DNA of 64,000 bases from an uncultured virus (IMG/VR IMGVR_UViG_3300042304_001388) (IMGVR_UViG_3300042304_001388); one strand, 5' to 3'; shown: positions 1 through 9,405, counted from the stretch's first letter. Numbers and translations are program-made. The notes: generated by a model not told the origin, from the letters alone.

Positions 1-199
1 TTGGTTTCTTCTCTCTTCCCTCCTTTATCCTTTGTGCTATTTGTAGTATGGTGTTTTCGTAGTTTTCCACCCCGAATAGAGGAATCATCACCTTTTGGTA
101 CATCTCCATCGTTTGACCTATGTGTAGATCCTCCACGGTGGTTTTAACTGTTGTTGTCTCGTTGAATAACTTGAATGATAGTTGAATAGGTATTTTCAT
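1..199 (-). CDS. hypothetical protein, runs off window edge (MKIPIQLSFKLFNE...)
   Basis: Hand-translated ORF, ATG at 199, TATATTTG element 4 nt upstream. Confidence 0.6.
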   Translation of the reverse strand, partial: MKIPIQLSFKLFNETTTVKTTVEDLHIGQTMEMYQKVMIPLFGVENYENTILQIAQRIKEGREKKP

Positions 200-203
200 A
201 CCA

Positions 204-232
204 CAAATATACCAATATGAATTGGAATATCC
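204..232 (-). promoter_or_regulatory. Bacteroidota-type promoter: GGATATTCC box + TATATTTG
   Basis: Minus strand GGATATTCC-aattcatattgg-TATATTTG-tggt-ATG; same layout repeated elsewhere. Confidence 0.6.
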
Positions 233-237
233 TAATT

Positions 238-828
238 TTATATTAATTTTGGTTTAACCTTAACATCCTCCATCCCTATATCCCCATTCTGTAATTTGTG
301 TCTTTTATCTAATATGTCCAAATAAATCGGATTATATATGTTTAGATACTTTAATAGTCTTGGTATGTCGGATTTATCATTATAAATCCCATCATAAGTT
401 GTTCTTATACAATCATTACTCTCCGTATTTTGAAGAAAATAAAACATTTGTTCTGTATCCACCGTTATTTCTTGTATCCCCTTTTCATTATCCTTAATCC
501 ATTCGTCCGTTACTTTATATGTTTCATGTAAATTACTACCATACCCATATTGAAAATAGGTTAAACTGATGGCAACATCTCTATAATTACCTCTATGGTG
601 AATAATTACCTTATCAAATTTGGACACAACATCATTAATGTCATATCCTTTGTTTATAATATGATTCGGGAAGTCTTTAACCACTATGTTATCTTCCACA
701 AATATTTTTGTGTTAATTTCATCATTGTTAAATGGTTCATGATATTGATTGTAATCTAATTCTTTCTGAATAAAATTCATTAAAGACATTCCACCGCTTC
801 TTGGGTGTGTTAGGATTAAAACTCTCAT
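238..828 (-). CDS. sulfotransferase-like P-loop protein
   Basis: ILTHPRSGG...HEPF N-terminal motif typical of sulfotransferase-fold proteins. Confidence 0.55.
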   Translation of the reverse strand: MRVLILTHPRSGGMSLMNFIQKELDYNQYHEPFNNDEINTKIFVEDNIVVKDFPNHIINKGYDINDVVSKFDKVIIHHRGNYRDVAISLTYFQYGYGSNLHETYKVTDEWIKDNEKGIQEITVDTEQMFYFLQNTESNDCIRTTYDGIYNDKSDIPRLLKYLNIYNPIYLDILDKRHKLQNGDIGMEDVKVKPKLI

Positions 829-856
829 TTGTATAATATACACATAAATCTCTACA

Positions 857-1894
857 TTAGAATACTATTTCTATATTAAATCTCTCGAACTTCTCTTTAA
901 TCCTTTTCTTTGCATCATCGTATAGAGATGCGTATTGTGTTGCTTCCACGGGAACTTCTCGATGATATAGATTACCATCCTCTTTTTTTATCTTTGCGTA
1001 TAGTTTCATCTTCTGTGTGGGATCCATCGTTAGAACAACAATAAGTTCCCCCGTTTCCTTATTATTGGACGTCCAGAACTCCTCAGGAAGGACATAGTTG
1101 TAAAATATGTCATCCACCTTATACTTCCCCCTTTTGAATAAACCATAAATAAGTTCTATCTTCTTCCTGTCCTTCTCGGTAAGATCATTGTCCTCCTCCT
1201 CTTCGTTTATAGGTGATTCCCACGCATCTACTTCATAATCAAAATATAAATCTTTATATGGATTTGTTAATATTATCCCGAAAAGATTGAACCTTTTTCT
1301 AATTAAACTACCCATGTAATCCGTGCTATGTAATAAACATCCTCTATTCAGATGTTTAATTTTAATTTTCTCTAATGAAATAACAATACCTGCATTGGTT
1401 GTATCCACCGAGAAATCATCCGATAATTCATAAAAAAAGTGAGGTTCTTCAGGATTATCACCCCCTATTGTTCCCCTCCTTAGTGCCTTATATATAGTCC
1501 TTGCCTTTTTGATTTGTTTTTGTGTGTATTCATCTATCTCTTCATTTAAAGGTTCTTCCCATGGTTTCTTTCCTTTGTATTTCTCTATTTGATCCTCCGT
1601 TGGTGGTCTTAACTCCACATTAATACCGAACATCTTGAACTTATTCTCTATAAGTTCGGTCATATACCTTTCATTAATTGGACAATACGTGTTCTCTTTA
1701 ATTGATATAACTGATCCCACTAACTCTATTTCTCCCTCGTGTACTCTTGCAAATGTTCTACCACCTAATTCATAACTAAACGACACACCATCCTTACGGG
1801 TGATCTTTCCCGTTCTCAGTGCTGAAAATATTGTCTTGGCTTTCTTTAGTAACTTATCATCACTCGGTTCCTTTATTAGATCTATGAATTTCAT
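857..1894 (-). CDS. repeat-domain protein (3 copies of KAKxIYKxxKxG...YxL...KFxxFxI domain), putative internal head protein
   Basis: Three internal repeats separated by PLNEE/PINEE; paralogous to 1894, 2579, 11278, 13301. Confidence 0.6.
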   Translation of the reverse strand: MKFIDLIKEPSDDKLLKKAKTIFSALRTGKITRKDGVSFSYELGGRTFARVHEGEIELVGSVISIKENTYCPINERYMTELIENKFKMFGINVELRPPTEDQIEKYKGKKPWEEPLNEEIDEYTQKQIKKARTIYKALRRGTIGGDNPEEPHFFYELSDDFSVDTTNAGIVISLEKIKIKHLNRGCLLHSTDYMGSLIRKRFNLFGIILTNPYKDLYFDYEVDAWESPINEEEEDNDLTEKDRKKIELIYGLFKRGKYKVDDIFYNYVLPEEFWTSNNKETGELIVVLTMDPTQKMKLYAKIKKEDGNLYHREVPVEATQYASLYDDAKKRIKEKFERFNIEIVF

Positions 1895-2274
1895 TATCTT
1901 AGTATTAAATCAAACTTTTTAAATTTTTCAGAGATCTTCCCCCATGCTTTCTCATAAAGAAATAGATTTGATCCGTCATTCTTATCCACATGCCATTCAT
2001 TTCCATCTAAAATCTCATATAATTGAAACTTGATGGGATCCGTTATAACAAATACGATGGTGAATTCGGGACCTATCCCTAATGTGTATTCGTTATTTAA
2101 AACATATTTGTATTTTACCTCATTTCCATTACCATATTTAAATCCCACAGATATTACTCCCGTCTTTAGTGCCTCATAGACATTCTTTACCTTCTTTACC
2201 ATTTTGGTCTTTTTTTCCTCCGATGGACCCGTATAAAAGGATGGACTTTCGTTTATAATGTCTAATAACTTCAT
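1894..2274 (-). CDS. single-domain member of the same repeat family
   Basis: MKLLDIINES...KKVKNVYEALKTG...KFKKFDLIL; TATTTAT upstream. Confidence 0.6.
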   Translation of the reverse strand: MKLLDIINESPSFYTGPSEEKKTKMVKKVKNVYEALKTGVISVGFKYGNGNEVKYKYVLNNEYTLGIGPEFTIVFVITDPIKFQLYEILDGNEWHVDKNDGSNLFLYEKAWGKISEKFKKFDLILR

Positions 2275-2279
2275 TGTAT

Positions 2280-2286
2280 ATAAATA
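2280..2286 (-). promoter_or_regulatory. TATTTAT putative late promoter
   Basis: GGATATTTATATACA-ATG; same motif precedes many structural-type genes. Confidence 0.5.
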
Positions 2287-2340
2287 TCCTTGTAATTGAT
2301 AATACCACCGATGGACTGAGGAACTCCAGTCGCTTTAGAA

Positions 2341-2430
2341 ATTATATGTATTTGGATATAATATGTAAAGTATAAAGGTGATTATATGTATTTGGATATA
2401 ATATGTAAAGTATAAAGGTGATTATATGTA
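2341..2430. repeat. 40-bp tandem repeat, 2 full copies + partial (ATTATATGTATTTGGATATAATATGTAAAGTATAAAGGTG)
   Basis: 2341-2380 is identical to 2381-2420; partial copy 2421-2430. Confidence 0.9.
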
Positions 2431-2553
2431 AAGTGATATAGTTGTCGTATGCCGGTTTTCTCGTGCATTAGGGTTGATATAGGTGGTTAGTGCTGGATAT
2501 ATCCATCATTGGGTCTCGGATGCCGGAATCCCCGTTCACGGTGGTTGAGGTCA

Positions 2554-2580
2554 TAAAAAAAGGTCCTTATTAGAACCCTT
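2554..2580 (-). terminator. probable intrinsic terminator
   Basis: Minus strand AGGGTTCT-aata-AGGACCTT followed by a T run, right after the 2579 stop. Confidence 0.5.
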
Positions 2581-2944
2581 ACTTAATATCTTCACTTTGA
2601 TTATACCACATAATAATATCAAATCGTTCAAATTTACGTGCATTAATCTCACTTACAAATAACTTATATTCACTATAATTTAAACTATATGGTTTAATCT
2701 CACCACTTGTACCATCTACATAATAGAACTTAATCTCGTTCTTAGTTCTATTTTGTCCAACCTCTATAAAGATTTCATTATATACATCTAACTGTAAACC
2801 ATATTCATCGGGAAGTTCATATGTAATCTTACCAAAATGTCCTTTACGAATAACTCCAGTTTTAAATCCCTTGTATATGGTTTTGGCTTTCTTAATAAGT
2901 TTCTCCTTATTCTCGTCCTCTAATATAATATCCATTAATTTCAT
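2579..2944 (-). CDS. single-domain member of the repeat family
   Basis: MKLMDIILEDE...KKAKTIYKGFKTG...ITYELPDEY...KFERFDI; TATTTAT at 2950-2956. Confidence 0.6.
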   Translation of the reverse strand: MKLMDIILEDENKEKLIKKAKTIYKGFKTGVIRKGHFGKITYELPDEYGLQLDVYNEIFIEVGQNRTKNEIKFYYVDGTSGEIKPYSLNYSEYKLFVSEINARKFERFDIIMWYNQSEDIK

Positions 2945-2983
2945 CCTATATAAATATCCTCTTCAAGTATTTAAAATCTTTCA

Positions 2984-3376
2984 TCATCGTCTTGGGTTTA
3001 TAAAGTTATATGTATCAACTAATATCTCCTGATTTGTTGCTCCACCCATTTCCCACAGTTCAAATACTCCATATACCAAATCTGAATAAGCGTTATGAAT
3101 GAATCTCCTTATCTCTTCGTGGGTTGTTATATGACCTCCATTAATAAATCCAACCGTTCTATTATATAAATCTACTGATTCATTAAACAATGGATGATTT
3201 TCATTAAATATATTATAATGTGAAGTATAATGTGAATCCAACCTTCTATGGTATTCTTTTAGGAAACGAAGATTGCCGGTTAAACTGATTGTTTGATAAT
3301 GATTTGGATTGATTTCTCTACCATACATATCCAACATGGATTTCACCCCCGATAAAAATTTAAATTGTTTTATCAT
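2984..3376 (-). CDS. FKF-tag hypothetical protein
   Basis: Starts MIKQFKFL. Confidence 0.7.
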   Translation of the reverse strand: MIKQFKFLSGVKSMLDMYGREINPNHYQTISLTGNLRFLKEYHRRLDSHYTSHYNIFNENHPLFNESVDLYNRTVGFINGGHITTHEEIRRFIHNAYSDLVYGVFELWEMGGATNQEILVDTYNFINPRR

Positions 3377-3714
3377 ATTCCTGTTATATCTATTCTTCTT
3401 TGAAATTCTTGTTCTTCCATCCTAAATACAAAATTCATTGCTCTTGTGTTTATCTCTATCACACTATAATTAATCTCAACCGTAGGTGATGGTGAATTTA
3501 AATCCCAATTTCTCCAACCTGTAATTCTCAACCAACAATTAACTATTGGTACATTAACCATAGCTAATTCGGTACCAACATCACTAAGTATTTCTATATT
3601 ATGATATTGTTTCCACCTTATCACATTGATTAACGCATCATCCATATTAAACATCAGATACATATTACCTGGTGGTTGTATTGGTTTGTTATTTGTTAAA
3701 AATTTAAAGTTCAT
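3373..3714 (-). CDS. FKF-tag hypothetical protein
   Basis: Starts MNFKFL. Confidence 0.7.
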   Translation of the reverse strand: MNFKFLTNNKPIQPPGNMYLMFNMDDALINVIRWKQYHNIEILSDVGTELAMVNVPIVNCWLRITGWRNWDLNSPSPTVEINYSVIEINTRAMNFVFRMEEQEFQRRIDITGI

Positions 3715-3943
3715 TGTTAAATGCGTTATCTATTGATTGTCTTAATATTTCATATGATTGTTCTAAATTCCAACCTTCTTCAAATGCGTCAGATAATTCT
3801 AATCTTAAAAATGGATTATAATCTACGCTGCGTCCTTCTAAATAAGCTCGTCTTCCAATATCTATGGCACGAACAATTTCATCCTCCGTTGGGGTGATAT
3901 AATCATCTTTCTTATTATTGTTTAGGAATTTAAATGTTTTCAA
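3704..3943 (-). CDS. FKF-tag protein with Rmf-like domain
   Basis: MKTFKFL; GRRAYLEGRSVDYNPF...FEEGW resembles the Rmf G-x-x-A-x3-G...PY...W-x-x-GW pattern. Confidence 0.6.
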   Translation of the reverse strand: MKTFKFLNNNKKDDYITPTEDEIVRAIDIGRRAYLEGRSVDYNPFLRLELSDAFEEGWNLEQSYEILRQSIDNAFNNEL

Positions 3944-4226
3944 TAGTATGATTTGTTATGAATGCAAATGTATTTGCTACGGTTACCCAATATGTTATTA
4001 TCATGTTAGTATCTCTATTAGGATATACTTTAACAACAGCACGTGATAATTGTCCGAGTTCATATGTTGTTTCGGTAATAATATATTTGGCATCAAATGT
4101 TTCTGATATATATGTGTCTCTATATCTATTGTTAATATAATCATAAACCATTCCAATAACATGTCGTGACCACTCACCTTCGTAATTAATTGTATTTGGT
4201 TTGGTTAGGAATTTAAATGGTTGCAT
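3930..4226 (-). CDS. FKF-tag hypothetical protein (paralog of 10120)
   Basis: MQPFKFL; TINY.G...DYINN...TY...ITNHTI is shared with 10120. Confidence 0.7.
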   Translation of the reverse strand: MQPFKFLTKPNTINYEGEWSRHVIGMVYDYINNRYRDTYISETFDAKYIITETTYELGQLSRAVVKVYPNRDTNMIITYWVTVANTFAFITNHTIENI

Positions 4227-4518
4227 TTGGTGTGAATGTTAATGTTACGTTAATATATTCCGCTTCTCGTCTTGGTAATTGAAATATTTGATTACCCCTT
4301 ATTTCAATTATGTCCGCCATATGGAATGCTTCCTCGTGTTCCTGTATTAAATTTCCAGTGAGTGGAAGACGTGTATCATTATTCATAAAAATCATTGTTC
4401 TATACCTTCCTTGAACATCTTCATGAATTTTAATGGGACTAACACCGATGAATGTAAATGATTCAAGATCGTATTGTCTTGGATTGAAAGGGGTTCTAAA
4501 AAATTTAAATGTTTTCAT
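4213..4518 (-). CDS. FKF-tag hypothetical protein
   Basis: MKTFKFF; shares a domain with the C-terminus of 6940. Confidence 0.7.
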   Translation of the reverse strand: MKTFKFFRTPFNPRQYDLESFTFIGVSPIKIHEDVQGRYRTMIFMNNDTRLPLTGNLIQEHEEAFHMADIIEIRGNQIFQLPRREAEYINVTLTFTPNATI

Positions 4519-4834
4519 ATCTTCTCATTACTTCGTTAAACACATCTTCAGCTAATTGAAATGTGTGTTGGTTTATTCCGTTTCTGTCATATAATTCATA
4601 TCTTATCCTCACATGTCTGGATTCAAAATAATCATGACTTATTACATCATTAATCACCATATGTCTATTTAAACCATTCTCATTAAACTGATGTTTCCAT
4701 CCAATCGGTCTATTATCCGTTCTATAACAATAACTTATTAATCCAAGTGCCATATTATCATATACATTTAGATGATAAAGTGGGTCATCTTCTATATTGA
4801 TTTTATTTTCTGCTAAAAATTTAAATGTTTTCAT
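4505..4834 (-). CDS. FKF-tag hypothetical protein
   Basis: MKTFKFL. Confidence 0.7.
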   Translation of the reverse strand: MKTFKFLAENKINIEDDPLYHLNVYDNMALGLISYCYRTDNRPIGWKHQFNENGLNRHMVINDVISHDYFESRHVRIRYELYDRNGINQHTFQLAEDVFNEVMRRYENI

Positions 4835-5186
4835 TATCTCTTATTACTCCTCTGAATATTAGTGGTCTATCCTTTGGCATGTCATCAAAATTATCTTCGT
4901 TGTAATGTATCATATTACTTATATTTGTGTTGTCCACAAATTCATATACAAATATAATCTTATCTCTACTCATTTCCATAAAATGATTATATGAGTTGAT
5001 GTATCTATTTGTAACTATCACCGTCATCGTCTTTAATTCCTCGGTATAAAAATTTCCATCCCATCTATTTTCCATATAGAATATTACACCCACAGGTCTA
5101 TACATCCATTGTAATTGACCGAGGTGGTCACTCCTTAAATACCATTTTCTCTTTATATTATTTTGGAAGAATTTAAATGGTCTCAT
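4821..5186 (-). CDS. FKF-tag hypothetical protein
   Basis: Start revised to MRPFKFF at 5186. Confidence 0.7.
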   Translation of the reverse strand: MRPFKFFQNNIKRKWYLRSDHLGQLQWMYRPVGVIFYMENRWDGNFYTEELKTMTVIVTNRYINSYNHFMEMSRDKIIFVYEFVDNTNISNMIHYNEDNFDDMPKDRPLIFRGVIRDNENI

Positions 5187-5520
5187 ATAAGGATATATTT
5201 TCTTGAGTGGCAAAATCACAATAATATTCTGTATCAGGAAACTTTACACTATATTCTATCACTATTCTATTAGGTATATTAAAATATGGTTCAATATTAT
5301 TTATCTTATAGAAATAAGTTACTCCCTCACCAATTTCGTTTTCTACTCTATACTCTACTGGTGAAAATAATCTCATATTCTCCCTGTGTAAACCCACCGC
5401 TACTTCCATTATATGTCCATACATATCTAATGGGATGCTGTACGTTGTATTTGTATAATTGGTGATTATTAGAATATATTGTATTCTTGTCCCCGAAAAG
5501 AATTTAAATGGTTTAATCAT
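5173..5520 (-). CDS. FKF-tag hypothetical protein
   Basis: MIKPFKFF. Confidence 0.7.
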   Translation of the reverse strand: MIKPFKFFSGTRIQYILIITNYTNTTYSIPLDMYGHIMEVAVGLHRENMRLFSPVEYRVENEIGEGVTYFYKINNIEPYFNIPNRIVIEYSVKFPDTEYYCDFATQENISLYETI

Positions 5521-5731
5521 TTCTTCTTTTTAATTCATTATCTAATATGATATACCACTCGGTTGGGGTTCTCCCATCTTTTTGATTAGGCAATGTACCA
5601 TTAATTACAAAAATTTTCATTAATCGTTTGATATAATCTGTGCTTATGGTTTCCAATGGATGCATCAATCCACAGTATGTTCTCCATTTAGGTGGTGGTG
5701 TCCCTTTAAAAAATTTAAAATCCGTGATCAT
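5513..5731 (-). CDS. FKF-tag hypothetical protein (paralog of 12520)
   Basis: Start revised to MITDFKFF; WxTxxG...P...G.T..EW..I...EL..R shared with 12520. Confidence 0.7.
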   Translation of the reverse strand: MITDFKFFKGTPPPKWRTYCGLMHPLETISTDYIKRLMKIFVINGTLPNQKDGRTPTEWYIILDNELKRRND

Positions 5732-6113
5732 GTTCTTCCCATTTACATTTTTCATAAATAATATGATTAATCTCCGCTTCAACATCAATACCAGTCCAAG
5801 CACCCGCTGCAAGTTCTTGTATATATCTTCTTATTGTAACACTATCCATATGAATCATAACCTCATCAATCTTACCTCTAATATCATAATCACTATAAGA
5901 ATTATATTTGTCTCTATATAATTTGGTCATAATAATAATCAACATATTATTAACCCTATTATTATCTATTAAATTATTATCCTGAATATATTTGTATGTA
6001 ATGTCCAATACACCAATCAATAATGGAACATTTGTTGCATCATCTAATAAACCGGTTAGTTGCCAATTTATTCTTGTTTCGTTATCTCTAAAAAATTTGA
6101 AATCCTTTATCAT
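5715..6113 (-). CDS. FKF-tag protein with gp23-like motifs
   Basis: MIKDFKFF; WQLTGLLD and GIDVEAEI resemble segments of T4-type major capsid protein. Confidence 0.55.
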   Translation of the reverse strand: MIKDFKFFRDNETRINWQLTGLLDDATNVPLLIGVLDITYKYIQDNNLIDNNRVNNMLIIIMTKLYRDKYNSYSDYDIRGKIDEVMIHMDSVTIRRYIQELAAGAWTGIDVEAEINHIIYEKCKWEEHDHGF

Positions 6114-6340
6114 TATACATTATTATTTCGTTCATACATTGTAACTCCCTCTCTCCATAATTCATACTCATATTCTTCCACAAGTGGATTGTATGGTGAC
6201 TCTAACGAACGACTATTACGGTAACAATCAAATGCATCGTAATATCCTTTTGTGTATATGTTTCTATCCTCAGGACTTAAACTACTATATCTATTGGGTA
6301 TAGGAACTTGTTTCTTTGAGAGGAACTTAAATGTTTTCAT
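6113..6340 (-). CDS. FKF-tag protein with Rmf-like domain
   Basis: MKTFKFL; YTKGYYDA...SPY...LWREG. Confidence 0.55.
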   Translation of the reverse strand: MKTFKFLSKKQVPIPNRYSSLSPEDRNIYTKGYYDAFDCYRNSRSLESPYNPLVEEYEYELWREGVTMYERNNNV

Positions 6341-6345
6341 AATCT

Positions 6346-6528
6346 TTATTGTTTTATTTTAAAGAAATTAAGTATTCTATCTGTGAAAGATAGTTTATTC
6401 TTCTTTAACATCTCTTGATATTCCACCACCTCAATTGCCTCACTCATTAAGATTGGAGTTCCTCTTCTTACTTTATCAGATAATTCTTCAAGACGTTTAT
6501 CTATAAGTGTTTTTCTAAATGTTTTCAT
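6346..6528 (-). CDS. hypothetical protein
   Basis: Start revised to MKTFRK; in tight operon. Confidence 0.6.
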   Translation of the reverse strand: MKTFRKTLIDKRLEELSDKVRRGTPILMSEAIEVVEYQEMLKKNKLSFTDRILNFFKIKQ

Positions 6529-6529
6529 A

Positions 6530-6760
6530 TTATTTAATTTTGTTTTCAATATTTTTATTATGAAGTTCAACAAAATACTCTGCAATATTTTTATGTAACT
6601 CACCAGACCCAACTATCCAATATTCATCTTGACCCCCGTCATCAAAAAGTATAGGTTCAATAGGTTTAATTGTTCTACACCAACATTTTTCTCCTTGCGA
6701 GCAAGTTCCTATTTGCCATTTTACGGTTAAAGATTTCTCTTCCGCTTCTTCAAATTTCAT
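6530..6760 (-). CDS. hypothetical protein with CSQGEKCWCR motif
   Basis: ORF in operon; Cys cluster. Confidence 0.65.
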   Translation of the reverse strand: MKFEEAEEKSLTVKWQIGTCSQGEKCWCRTIKPIEPILFDDGGQDEYWIVGSGELHKNIAEYFVELHNKNIENKIK

Positions 6761-6761
6761 A

Positions 6762-6926
6762 TTAATAATTTTTAAGTAATCCAAATAAGAAACTGATTTG
6801 TATTTTCATACCTTGTCCCCATTCTATATAAAATAATGGGTGACCATAATTAATTTCTAAAAAAGAAATCCAACTTCTTCCTACTCTGTAAAAATCAATA
6901 GCAAGTAATTCTACGTTTAATCTCAT
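6762..6926 (-). CDS. small hypothetical protein (54 aa)
   Basis: Hand-translated MRLNVELLAIDF...; fills the gap in the operon. Confidence 0.5.
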   Translation of the reverse strand: MRLNVELLAIDFYRVGRSWISFLEINYGHPLFYIEWGQGMKIQISFLFGLLKNY

Positions 6927-6939
6927 ATTATTTTGTTTT

Positions 6940-7470
6940 TTAAATTATATCAGGAAAATTATACATTGGATGTTCGGGATATATTGTATCTCCTTCTATT
7001 GTATTTCCCTCTTCAATATGTCTGAACAACATAACTTTATATGGTTCACCGTCAAGCATACCTAATCTTTCTTCCGTTACATCAAAGAATATTAATTCAT
7101 CTGTGTTATAGAATTCCGGATATCTTTCATCTATTGGTGGGTCGGGATTTACATTAACATAATTCATTCCTGTTCTACCAGACCACCTCAAATGTCCTCT
7201 ATTCCACAACTCAATCCATTCAGTAACCACAGGGTCATTGATGATACCTTCATATGGATTGATGGTGATATTATTGCGACCAGCTTCCCACCCCTCAATG
7301 TATATTTCCATATGTATTAGGGTTCCACCTCTCAAATCCCGTGGCAACATATTCCAATGACGATGTGATATACCAAATGGTGGTGCATGTGTTATCTGCA
7401 ACGGAATATATGGTTCATGCAACTCATTTATATATGTGTATCCATTAAGTAGTTTAAAAGGTTTTATCAT
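6940..7470 (-). CDS. FKF-tag variant (FKLL) protein: Rmf-like domain + domain shared with 4213
   Basis: MIKPFKLL; YIEGWEAG...NPY...LWNRG. Confidence 0.6.
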   Translation of the reverse strand: MIKPFKLLNGYTYINELHEPYIPLQITHAPPFGISHRHWNMLPRDLRGGTLIHMEIYIEGWEAGRNNITINPYEGIINDPVVTEWIELWNRGHLRWSGRTGMNYVNVNPDPPIDERYPEFYNTDELIFFDVTEERLGMLDGEPYKVMLFRHIEEGNTIEGDTIYPEHPMYNFPDII

Positions 7471-7808
7471 ACGTATCTTATTGTTGATGTTCCATCTAAA
7501 TGTTCATTTAAAAAATCTTCCATAAATCCAATTACCTGTTCATTAATTGAAACATAATTTGCGTATCTATATTTTAATTCATCTACCATTGCCATAACGG
7601 ATAATTCATCCATGTCACCATCGTAAATTAATTCTAATTGTGTATTTTGAACTCCCACATAAAAACCAAGATGTTGTGTGGGACCAGAAAAAAAATGTGT
7701 TGGTGGTTCGTTTGAAGTTATTACCTCAACAGGTACACCTCCAACCAATAGGTCGTAGTGATATAATCTTTTTGGTCTCCCCTCAAAAAATTTAAATTGG
7801 TTTATCAT
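7467..7808 (-). CDS. FKF-tag hypothetical protein
   Basis: MINQFKFF. Confidence 0.7.
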   Translation of the reverse strand: MINQFKFFEGRPKRLYHYDLLVGGVPVEVITSNEPPTHFFSGPTQHLGFYVGVQNTQLELIYDGDMDELSVMAMVDELKYRYANYVSINEQVIGFMEDFLNEHLDGTSTIRYV

Positions 7809-7809
7809 A

Positions 7810-8196
7810 TTATCCTCTTCTTTGTAAATTAACTAATGGGACACTTACACGATATCTTTGTGACGTTGTGTGGTGTGTTGTTATTTCATAAGTAATATGC
7901 ATCATCCCACCGATATTAATACCGCCCAATATCTTTAATCTTACATATTCATTTCTTTCATCCATCCAAGCTTCTTCATATCCTCTCCAATTTGTATTTC
8001 CTCTCATAAAACTTCTGACATAACGAATAACCATAGTATCATAGTTGGGTTCTGGTAGTGTTGCAAGATATGGTTCGGTCGGTAAGATTGTTTGAATATA
8101 TCCTCTACCTATATGTTCTGGAGATCTCCTTACTCTTGGAAATTCAAATTCATCGGTATAAACCTTCCCCACAAAAAATTTAAATGGTATTATCAT
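7810..8196 (-). CDS. FKF-tag hypothetical protein
   Basis: MIIPFKFF. Confidence 0.7.
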   Translation of the reverse strand: MIIPFKFFVGKVYTDEFEFPRVRRSPEHIGRGYIQTILPTEPYLATLPEPNYDTMVIRYVRSFMRGNTNWRGYEEAWMDERNEYVRLKILGGINIGGMMHITYEITTHHTTSQRYRVSVPLVNLQRRG

Positions 8197-8648
8197 CCCC
8201 GCAAAAATTTAAATTCTAACTTATTTCGTTTCCTTTCTAATTCAACAGCCCTATTATAAATCTGTCTAACATCAAGTCCTCTTTCATAATTTACAACCAA
8301 CTCATCGTTTAACTTTTGAAACTTTCTCCAATAATACCAACTAACTAATGACATAAACAAATTACTTTTGTGTATGTATAAATTATTTGTTAGTTTTATA
8401 TCACCGTCAAGAAAGAATATGATATTAACATCGGTACGTGTAAATGTTAAAGTATTAATATCATAACTGTATAGATAAAAATAACGTGATTGACCATGAT
8501 CTGGTTGATACTTATACACACCGCGTTCTAACTCATCATATTTCTTTTTATATAATTTCACGTTTGGGTATGAAACCACATTAAAGATAAGAATTACGAA
8601 AAATATTACAGCAAAAATTACTGATATTACTATTTGAGCGTCGGTCAT
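8193..8648 (-). CDS. membrane-anchored protein with C-terminal FKFL tag
   Basis: N-terminal hydrophobic helix; ends NKLEFKFLRG. Confidence 0.7.
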   Translation of the reverse strand: MTDAQIVISVIFAVIFFVILIFNVVSYPNVKLYKKKYDELERGVYKYQPDHGQSRYFYLYSYDINTLTFTRTDVNIIFFLDGDIKLTNNLYIHKSNLFMSLVSWYYWRKFQKLNDELVVNYERGLDVRQIYNRAVELERKRNKLEFKFLRG

Positions 8649-8652
8649 GATA

Positions 8653-8680
8653 CAAATATAAGATATTAGTTTGAATATAC
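8653..8680 (-). promoter_or_regulatory. ATATTC box + TATATTTG promoter heading the FKF-tag operon
   Basis: GTATATTC-12 nt-TATATTTG-tatc-ATG. Confidence 0.6.
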
Positions 8681-8688
8681 AAAATATT

Positions 8689-9405
8689 CTAATCCCAATA
8701 TCCGTGTGATTTCTTAAAAAATTCGGGATTGTTTCTATTAAAATAGGACTTTAACATTATATAAAACATCCATAATATCCCCTTGGACTTAAATCTACGA
8801 GAGGATGTGTATGTTCCCTTTACCTTGACCACCTTAAAGTTCTTTGACTTTACCTTCTGTGATATACTATAGTCTTCGGCAAATAGTTCTTCAGGGTTAT
8901 AACCTCCTAATTTCCAATAGGTTTCTGTGTTCCATAACTGAAATCCTCCCACGGCGAACGGAGTTCCTAAGACTGTGGATTTCCATTGGAACATATCAAA
9001 TAATCTGAATACCCATCTATAAGGATAATCCGTAGTAAATGGAACTGTAATCAAGTCCTTCTTATATTTCATACACTCCACGATTATATCCTTATTGGTT
9101 AATAATACATCTGAGTCCAAAAATAACATATATGGGGTCGTTACAAGTTTTGATCCGTTTAACCTTCCTTGTGATGGATATCCTCCTTTAATAACCTCTA
9201 TGTTTAATGAGTATTTAAAGTCTGATTGTAATTTCCATAAACACCATAGAGATTCTTCTTCATTTGATACGTCCGCTATTATTATCTTTATCCCTGCTAT
9301 GTTGTTTTGTTTGGATATGTTATATACACAATCATATAACATCCTTCCCTCATTCTTTGATGGAATAACTATTGTTAATTGATTACTTAATGACTGTGTA
9401 TTCAT
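8689..9405 (-). CDS. glycosyltransferase family 2
   Basis: LTIVIPSKNE, LFLDSD, GGY...AEDY motifs. Confidence 0.85.
   Translation of the reverse strand: MNTQSLSNQLTIVIPSKNEGRMLYDCVYNISKQNNIAGIKIIIADVSNEEESLWCLWKLQSDFKYSLNIEVIKGGYPSQGRLNGSKLVTTPYMLFLDSDVLLTNKDIIVECMKYKKDLITVPFTTDYPYRWVFRLFDMFQWKSTVLGTPFAVGGFQLWNTETYWKLGGYNPEELFAEDYSISQKVKSKNFKVVKVKGTYTSSRRFKSKGILWMFYIMLKSYFNRNNPEFFKKSHGYWD

Noticed and set aside
2341..2430. Possible CRISPR array
   Set aside because: Repeats abut with no unique spacers, and no cas genes are present.
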